NCBI GenBank assembly: GCA_948466185.1
Contig: CAOJZM010000001.1
Span: 86,742 to 150,741, forward strand
DNA from: an uncultured Christensenella sp.
GTDB lineage: Bacteria; Bacillota; Clostridia; Christensenellales; UBA1242
Reading direction: 5' to 3'
DNA length: 64,000 nucleotides
In this document: piece after piece, positions 58,399-64,000 of the stretch
How positions within the stretch are numbered: position 1 is the stretch's first letter
Layout: every line of letters begins with the position of its first letter
The notes under the pieces: generated by a model
Told to the model about the DNA's origin: nothing
Databases searched by the model: none
Seen by the model: only the letters and a program-made list of their open reading frames with translations
Translations under genes and position numbers: made by a program

Positions 58399-59132
58399 TT
58401 TTCTTTCTTCTTATCAACAACCTTAACAAATGAGTGCTGCGTTGCGTTTGTTATTACAGGTTTTTCGCCATCAACTTTGATATCAACTTTTGGCCCCGGA
58501 ATGAAATATGATTTTGATGCATCCACTGTAACGGACTTTTCACCAATCTTACAATCTGCATGGAGGGTTTGAGCTCTACCAACCTGCTCTGCAACAACTG
58601 CTCCATCAACAGCAATTGCAACTTTATTTCCTGAAACATAAACTTCAACAGCTTTGTCATCTACTGTGAAATAATACTTCTGCTTTGCAAATAACAGAAT
58701 GAATATACAATAAGCAACAAGTCCTATCATGAAATACATATACCAAGTCAAATTATAATATGTATATGCAATGCTTTCACAAGTAAAATATTCTGCACCC
58801 GAGATGGACAGCATAAATTGTGCATAAAATTCCGTGGTACTGCAAGCATTGAACTGTTGGTCAATTAAAACCGTCTTACTTGCAATAAATTCTCTGTTTT
58901 CATCATAAAATCCAATGGTGATTTCAACACTTTCAAGTTTCACAACTGTTGGATTTTTAAGTTCTCCGTATACCTCAGCATACGTTGAATCTTCTGAAAT
59001 ATTTACTTCAAATGTTTCGTAAATGACATCGGGTGATTGATATGGAATAAAAGCACATACAATAGGAATAACCAATACGAATAAAATCATCGCAAGTATG
59101 CAACTTACCTTAACGGCGATTATTTTTTTCAT
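58386..59132 (-). CDS. hypothetical membrane protein (248 aa)
   Basis: An N-terminal TM, a ~100-aa domain, a second TM pair and a C-terminal soluble domain. I recognise no family. Confidence 0.65.
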   Translation of the reverse strand: MKKIIAVKVSCILAMILFVLVIPIVCAFIPYQSPDVIYETFEVNISEDSTYAEVYGELKNPTVVKLESVEITIGFYDENREFIASKTVLIDQQFNACSTTEFYAQFMLSISGAEYFTCESIAYTYYNLTWYMYFMIGLVAYCIFILLFAKQKYYFTVDDKAVEVYVSGNKVAIAVDGAVVAEQVGRAQTLHADCKIGEKSVTVDASKSYFIPGPKVDIKVDGEKPVITNATQHSFVKVVDKKKEKSVM

Positions 59133-59235
59133 TTTATCCCTCCTTATAACAATATATATAACAAATTATATGCATTTTGTCAATCAATACTTTCAAAAAT
59201 TTGACATGATTCGTTTTTATTTTTATTATATTAGT

Positions 59236-59925
59236 ATGAAAATATTTGGACTTGAGAAACTTTCTTTGGTGGATTATGATGGACATCTTGCGGCAACAAT
59301 CTTTACAGGCGGCTGCAATTTTCGCTGTCCCTTCTGCCATAATGCCGACCTTATCAAAATGCAAAATCTGTCTGCTATAAGTGAAGAAGAGTTCTTTGAG
59401 TTCCTAAAAAAAAGGAAGGGCCTGCTTGACAGCGTGTGCATTTCTGGTGGCGAACCCACCTTGCAGCCCGACCTTGTTCCTTTCATAAAAAAAATAAAGG
59501 ACATGGGATATCTTGTTAAACTTGACAGCAATGGGACAAACTTTCAAATGCTTAAAAAGCTTGTGGATGAAAAACTTGTAGATTATGTCGCAATGGATAT
59601 CAAAAACAGTCTTGAAAAATATCCACTTACCGCAGGAAATAAGAATATAGATATTGAAGCAATCAAAAAAAGCGTGAACCTCTTAAAACAAAATGTTGTC
59701 CCTTATGAATTCCGCACAACGCTGGTAAAATCACATCATAGCACTGAGGATATTGAAGAAATTGCATCTTGGCTTGAAGGAAGCGAAAAACTTTTTCTGC
59801 AATGTTTTGTCGACAATGGCACCTGCTTAGAAAGTGGACTTGAAAAAGTGGATAAAACGGAAGCAGAGAAGTTTAAAGATATTTTATCGAAAAAAATTAA
59901 ATATGTTGCGTTACGTGGATATTAA
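59236..59925 (+). CDS. nrdG: anaerobic ribonucleoside-triphosphate reductase activating protein (radical SAM)
   Basis: MKIFGLEKLSLVDYDGHLAATIFTGGCNFRCPFCHN (CxxxCxxC) and ISGGEPTLQ. The start is set at the conserved N-terminus, not the ORF-track start at 59098. Confidence 0.88.
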   Translation: MKIFGLEKLSLVDYDGHLAATIFTGGCNFRCPFCHNADLIKMQNLSAISEEEFFEFLKKRKGLLDSVCISGGEPTLQPDLVPFIKKIKDMGYLVKLDSNGTNFQMLKKLVDEKLVDYVAMDIKNSLEKYPLTAGNKNIDIEAIKKSVNLLKQNVVPYEFRTTLVKSHHSTEDIEEIASWLEGSEKLFLQCFVDNGTCLESGLEKVDKTEAEKFKDILSKKIKYVALRGY

Positions 59926-59964
59926 GATTAACAAAAAAGCGGGAAAAGTCTATAAAACTAGCAA

Positions 59965-60001
59965 AAAAAACGAACTAAAAAATATATTAGTTCGTTTTTT
60001 G
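59965..60001 (+). terminator. rho-independent terminator after nrdG
   Basis: AACGAACTAA...TTAGTTCGTT 10-bp stem followed by a T-run. Confidence 0.75.
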
Positions 60002-60099
60002 TTAGTAGAGGGCAATGTACCATAATTACTTCCCAAATGTTTGTATGTAAACCGCTTTCACATATTGTCCTCTTTTTCATATTTTTAGTTTTCTTATCA

Positions 60100-60750
60100 T
60101 TAAGTTGTTTTATCTTTTGCAATCACAAAAATATGTACTGGGTTAGGCTTGAAGTATTTTTTAATATTCAGTATTCTTTGAATAAAATTTAGATAATGAT
60201 ATGATGCCTCTTCTAAGATTTTAGCATTAGACTCTTTTATAATTTTTCTCCAATAAGACAGGGATAGATATCTTTCATCTCCATACATCTTTTTATTTTC
60301 ATCAAAATACTTTGTAGGTATTGCAAAAATAACAAACTGGCTAAAAGTAAATTGTTTATTGATTAAATTTTTAATCTCTAAGTCGGTATAATGCTCTAAA
60401 ACGCCAATGCTATAACACACATCAATTTTTTCATTGCAAATAAAATCCCGTATGTCTTTACAAACAAAATTTATTTTTCTATTTTCAAATTTTTCAGCAA
60501 AGTACTTTTTGCTTAAATCTATCATATCTTGATCTTTATCTACGGCAATAACTTTGTTGTTATTTTGACTAGAAATATGTAAAGCTAGAACACCCGTTCC
60601 TGAACCAAATTCGACTATGTGATGATTTCTACGAGAATATTTATTTATTAATTTAACTATTTTCTTTTTTGTTCTAAGTTTTTCATTTATATAATGATCC
60701 ACCGAAGTTGAATGTATCTCATTTTCGTATAATGTTGACCATTTAGACAT
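60100..60750 (-). CDS. class I SAM-dependent methyltransferase
   Basis: Motif I HIVEFGSGTGVLALH and post-I VIAVDKDQDMI, within 216 aa. Confidence 0.75.
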   Translation of the reverse strand: MSKWSTLYENEIHSTSVDHYINEKLRTKKKIVKLINKYSRRNHHIVEFGSGTGVLALHISSQNNNKVIAVDKDQDMIDLSKKYFAEKFENRKINFVCKDIRDFICNEKIDVCYSIGVLEHYTDLEIKNLINKQFTFSQFVIFAIPTKYFDENKKMYGDERYLSLSYWRKIIKESNAKILEEASYHYLNFIQRILNIKKYFKPNPVHIFVIAKDKTT

Positions 60751-60811
60751 ATTTCACCCACATAATTTTTCTATTTTATCCTATATTGATTATAGCACAT
60801 TCATCCTCAAT

Positions 60812-61729
60812 TTAACCTGAGGATTCTATATAAGTTGAAGCGTTGCTTGCTGCAATCGCACCATCAGAACAAGCAGTAGTAACCTGTCTAACCTTTTTCG
60901 TTCGGCAATCCCCAGCAACAAACAATCCTGGGGTTCTTGTTCTTAAGTTTTCGTCAGATGCAATATACCCATCCACCGACAAATCAACAAGTCCACTGAA
61001 GATATGATTGTCTGGCATCTGCCCAATCGCAACAAAAAGTGCTTTGGTTGGAAATTCCACTCGGGTTTTATCTTCTCTTTCAAACACAAGCCCGCGTAAT
61101 TCATCCTCGCCCAAAAGTTCAACAAGACGAAGCGAGTGGGTAATTTTGATGTTGTCACGTTTTTTAACTGCGGCGACAAGAGAGGCATCTCCGAAAAACT
61201 TATCAAACAAGGTTACAATGTGCACGCTTTTACAGTAGGAAGAAAGAAGCAACGCATATTGAAGTGCGGTGTTGCCGTCCCCAATTAAAGTCACATCCTC
61301 TCCAGAGTAAAATGCTCCGTCACATAATGCACAATAACTTATTCCGTTGCCAATCAACTTGTCCTCATTTTTAAGATTGAGTTTGCGATGTTCAACCCCA
61401 GTGGCAATGATAACACTTCGGGCTTGCATGGTGTCAAAGTCAGTTTTAACAGTGAAAACCTCCCCTTCCTTTTCCACACTTTCAACATTGCCAAATTTGA
61501 ATATCGCTCCGCGACTTGTGATTTGCTCAAACATCTTGTCAGCAAGCTCACTCCCCGAGATTGAGTCCACGCTTGGAAAATTCTCCACCCTTGGACTTTG
61601 TGCAATCTGGCCGCCTATGCCATTACGCTCAATTAAAACCACACTTTTCCCATTTCTTAAGGCATAAAGGCAGGCGGTCATCCCCGCCGGCCCTCCGCCT
61701 ATAACAATTATATCGGTAATTTCTTTCAT
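60812..61729 (-). CDS. thioredoxin-reductase-like flavoprotein lacking the canonical NADPH-binding arginines
   Basis: It has FAD motif VIGGGPAG, redox centre CALCDG and C-terminal FVAGDC. The second dinucleotide site reads LIGDGNTA...VHIVTLFDKFFGD where TrxR has GGGNxA...HRRDxFRA. Its ATG overlaps the nrdD TGA. Confidence 0.8.
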   Translation of the reverse strand: MKEITDIIVIGGGPAGMTACLYALRNGKSVVLIERNGIGGQIAQSPRVENFPSVDSISGSELADKMFEQITSRGAIFKFGNVESVEKEGEVFTVKTDFDTMQARSVIIATGVEHRKLNLKNEDKLIGNGISYCALCDGAFYSGEDVTLIGDGNTALQYALLLSSYCKSVHIVTLFDKFFGDASLVAAVKKRDNIKITHSLRLVELLGEDELRGLVFEREDKTRVEFPTKALFVAIGQMPDNHIFSGLVDLSVDGYIASDENLRTRTPGLFVAGDCRTKKVRQVTTACSDGAIAASNASTYIESSG

Positions 61730-64000
61730 GCTCGATTTCTCGCTCCCCCGACAAACCTGTTGATCTCACTTGCATTGTCATAGCGGTCATAATGATCCCC
61801 ATTTGGAACGAGAAGGGTTGGTGCCTTTCTTACCCCATATTTAACAGTTAAATCTTTTTGTTCTTCAGCATCTATAACCGTATATTTTATTTTTGCAGAA
61901 TCAAGAATAGCTTTCGCCATACGACAATTTGGACAGGTTTTAGTTGTAAAAAGAAGAAGTTCATCATTATCACATTTTGCGGTATCATCATGTTTACAAT
62001 CACAGGAATCGTGCCTTCCTTGCATAACAGAATCTTTGATATTGTATACCTTTCTATCAGCAAACTCCTGAGTCTTTCCGTCATTCCAATTTTGAACTGG
62101 ACGATAATACCCTGTAATTCGGCTATAAACTTCAGTTTTAGCTGAACATATTGGGCAAGAATGAACTTCGCCCGCAATATATCCATGTTCTCGGCAGATT
62201 GAATAGGTTGGACTCATTGTGTAATAAGGAAGTCTATAATTTTCTGCTATCTTACGTACAAGCTCTGCAGTTGTCTTCCAGTTGTCAAGTTTTTGACCAA
62301 GGAAAGCGTGAAATACCGTGCCTGAAGTGTAAAGAGTTTGAAGTTCATCTTGAACATCAAGAGCCTCAAAAATATCCTCTGTAAATCCAACAGGAAGATG
62401 TGAAGAGTTTGTATAATAAGGTGTCCCGTTTTCATTTGCAGTAACGATATCCGGATAACGTTCTTTATCGTGTTTTGCAAGACGATATGAGGTTGACTCA
62501 GCAGGAGTTGCTTCCAAGTTGTAAAGGTCACCATATTTTTCTTGATAGTCAGAAAGACGCTCTCTCATGTGATTTAAAACTTTTTGTGTGAATAACTGTG
62601 CTGTCTTTTGTGTTAAATTGGCTTTTATCCACTTCGCATTAAGGCAGGCCTCGTTCATCCCCACAAGACCAATAGTAGAAAAGTGATTATTGAAAGACCC
62701 TAAATAACGTTTTGTATAAGGATATAATCCAGCTTCAAGAAGCTCGGCAATTTTTTCTCGCTTGATTTTAAGTGAGCGGGCAGAAAGGTCCATAATTTTA
62801 TCAAGACGCTCAAAAAACTCCTTTTCATCAGCTGAAAGATAGGCAATCTTTGGCATATTCACCGTAACAACACCAATTGAGCCAGTGCTTTCACCGCTAC
62901 CAAAGAAGCCACCTGACTTTTTGCGGAGTTCACGCAAGTCAAGACGAAGCCTGCAACACATCGAACGCACATCGCTTGGCTCCATGTCACTGTTGATGTA
63001 ATTTGAGAAATATGGAATACCATATTTGGTGGTCATTTCAAAAAGCAATTTATTGTTTTCAGTTTCAGACCAGTCAAAATCTCTGGTAATAGAATAAGTT
63101 GGAATTGGGTATTGAAAACCTCGGCCATTGGCATCACCCTCAATCATGATTTCCATGAATGCCTTGTTTACCATTGCCATTTCCTTTACACAATCTTTAT
63201 ATTTAAAATCTTGGTCTTTGCCACCAACAATGGCTGGAAGTTCAGCAAGGTCTTTAGGGATAACCCAGTCAAGAGTTATGTTTGTAAATGGAGCTTGCGT
63301 ACCCCAGCGAGATGGAGTGTTCACGCCATAAACAAAGGATTGGATACATTGTTTTACCTCCTTATATGTTAAGTTGTCCGTCTTAACAAATGGAGCAAGA
63401 TAGGTATCAAAAGAAGAAAAAGCTTGTGCTCCAGCCCACTCGTTTTGCATAATGCCAAGGAAATTTACCATTTGGTTGCAAAGAGTTGAAAGGTGGGAAG
63501 CTGGAGCGGAAGAAATCTTTCCTGGAATGCCACCAAGCCCCTCACGGATAAGCTGTTTAAGACTCCAACCAGCACAGTAGCCAGTCAACATTGAAAGGTC
63601 ATGGATGTGAATATCACAATTCTTGTGCGCCTGACCGATTTCTTTATCATAGACATCATTAAGCCAGTAATTTGCAGTCATTGCACCAGCTTCATTGAGA
63701 ATAAGTCCTCCAACCGAATAGGTAACCGTGGAGTTTTCCTTAACACGCCAGTCATTAAGATTTAAATACTTGTCAATAGTCCCCTTGTAGTCCATGAGGG
63801 TGTCCTTTACTTCACGTTCTTTTTCGCGGTTCTTTCGATACAAAATGTAACATTTTGCAACATTGCCATAACCGTTTGACATAAGCGTCTGCTCAACGAT
63901 ATCCTGAACATCCTCAACGCTTGGCGTCCTGCCCTCAAACTTATATTCAAGTTCGATTTCAACAATTTTGGCAAGCTTCTTGCAATCACGCACGTCACCA
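61726..64000 (-). CDS. nrdD: anaerobic ribonucleoside-triphosphate reductase with a C-terminal thioredoxin/glutaredoxin-like extension (5' end runs off the window)
   Basis: Class III RNR core, Zn ribbon CPICS and glycyl-radical motif VYSRITGYYRPV. About 100 extra residues follow, ending in LLLFTTKTCPNCRMAKAILDSAKIKYTVIDAEE...APTLLVPNG. The reading frame is still open at 64000. Confidence 0.9.
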   Translation of the reverse strand, partial: GDVRDCKKLAKIVEIELEYKFEGRTPSVEDVQDIVEQTLMSNGYGNVAKCYILYRKNREKEREVKDTLMDYKGTIDKYLNLNDWRVKENSTVTYSVGGLILNEAGAMTANYWLNDVYDKEIGQAHKNCDIHIHDLSMLTGYCAGWSLKQLIREGLGGIPGKISSAPASHLSTLCNQMVNFLGIMQNEWAGAQAFSSFDTYLAPFVKTDNLTYKEVKQCIQSFVYGVNTPSRWGTQAPFTNITLDWVIPKDLAELPAIVGGKDQDFKYKDCVKEMAMVNKAFMEIMIEGDANGRGFQYPIPTYSITRDFDWSETENNKLLFEMTTKYGIPYFSNYINSDMEPSDVRSMCCRLRLDLRELRKKSGGFFGSGESTGSIGVVTVNMPKIAYLSADEKEFFERLDKIMDLSARSLKIKREKIAELLEAGLYPYTKRYLGSFNNHFSTIGLVGMNEACLNAKWIKANLTQKTAQLFTQKVLNHMRERLSDYQEKYGDLYNLEATPAESTSYRLAKHDKERYPDIVTANENGTPYYTNSSHLPVGFTEDIFEALDVQDELQTLYTSGTVFHAFLGQKLDNWKTTAELVRKIAENYRLPYYTMSPTYSICREHGYIAGEVHSCPICSAKTEVYSRITGYYRPVQNWNDGKTQEFADRKVYNIKDSVMQGRHDSCDCKHDDTAKCDNDELLLFTTKTCPNCRMAKAILDSAKIKYTVIDAEEQKDLTVKYGVRKAPTLLVPNGDHYDRYDNASEINRFVGGARNRA

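Overview
This is an AT-rich, gene-dense chromosomal segment of a low-GC Bacillota (Firmicutes)-type anaerobe, and almost all of it is housekeeping. Recognisable content:

- **5' end:** a 1434-aa orphan ORF.
- **Core block:** ychF-mrnC-rlmB-sigH, followed by a divergent MetRS-like gene.
- **tRNAs:** an initiator tRNA-Met, plus tRNA-Arg(ACG) and tRNA-Leu(TAG) with tRNA-derived fragments between them.
- **Gyrase operon:** gyrB-X-gyrA, where X is a membrane-anchored SMI1/KNR4 (SUKH)-like gene.
- **Other housekeeping genes:** helD, hisS, uvrC, an Ord/DapB-like oxidoreductase, tmk, ppdK, an ABC-F ATPase, and T-box(Gly)-controlled glyQS.
- **Giant gene:** a 3393-aa membrane-anchored ORF apparently co-transcribed with cardiolipin synthase.
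- **Division block:** two tandem YugP-type Zn peptidases, then a reduced dcw block (CvpA-like 839-aa protein, rsmH, ftsL-like, ftsI).
- **3' end:** a run of small unknown genes and an anaerobic RNR locus (nrdG, then nrdD-trxB-like).

I saw no CRISPR array, transposase, integrase, reverse transcriptase or recognisable defence or toxin-antitoxin genes, so I cannot point to a clear new multi-gene system.

The items most worth a second look are:
1. NrdD with a fused thioredoxin-like domain, translationally coupled to a TrxR-like protein that lacks the NADPH-binding arginines.
2. The SUKH-like gene embedded in the gyrase operon.
3. A dense DnaA-box cluster 2 kb downstream of gyrA.
4. The giant ORF-cls operon.
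5. The MetRS-like protein with altered HIGH and KMSKS motifs.
6. A G9/C9 tract inside a strongly promoted small ORF.
7. A Lys/Ala-rich DUF2188-like gene broken by an in-frame TAA and an A9 (A-AAA-AAG) frame change.

All calls come from reading the sequence and the supplied translations. No database search was run. Several start codons were moved relative to the ORF track where an RBS or a conserved N-terminus supports an internal start.
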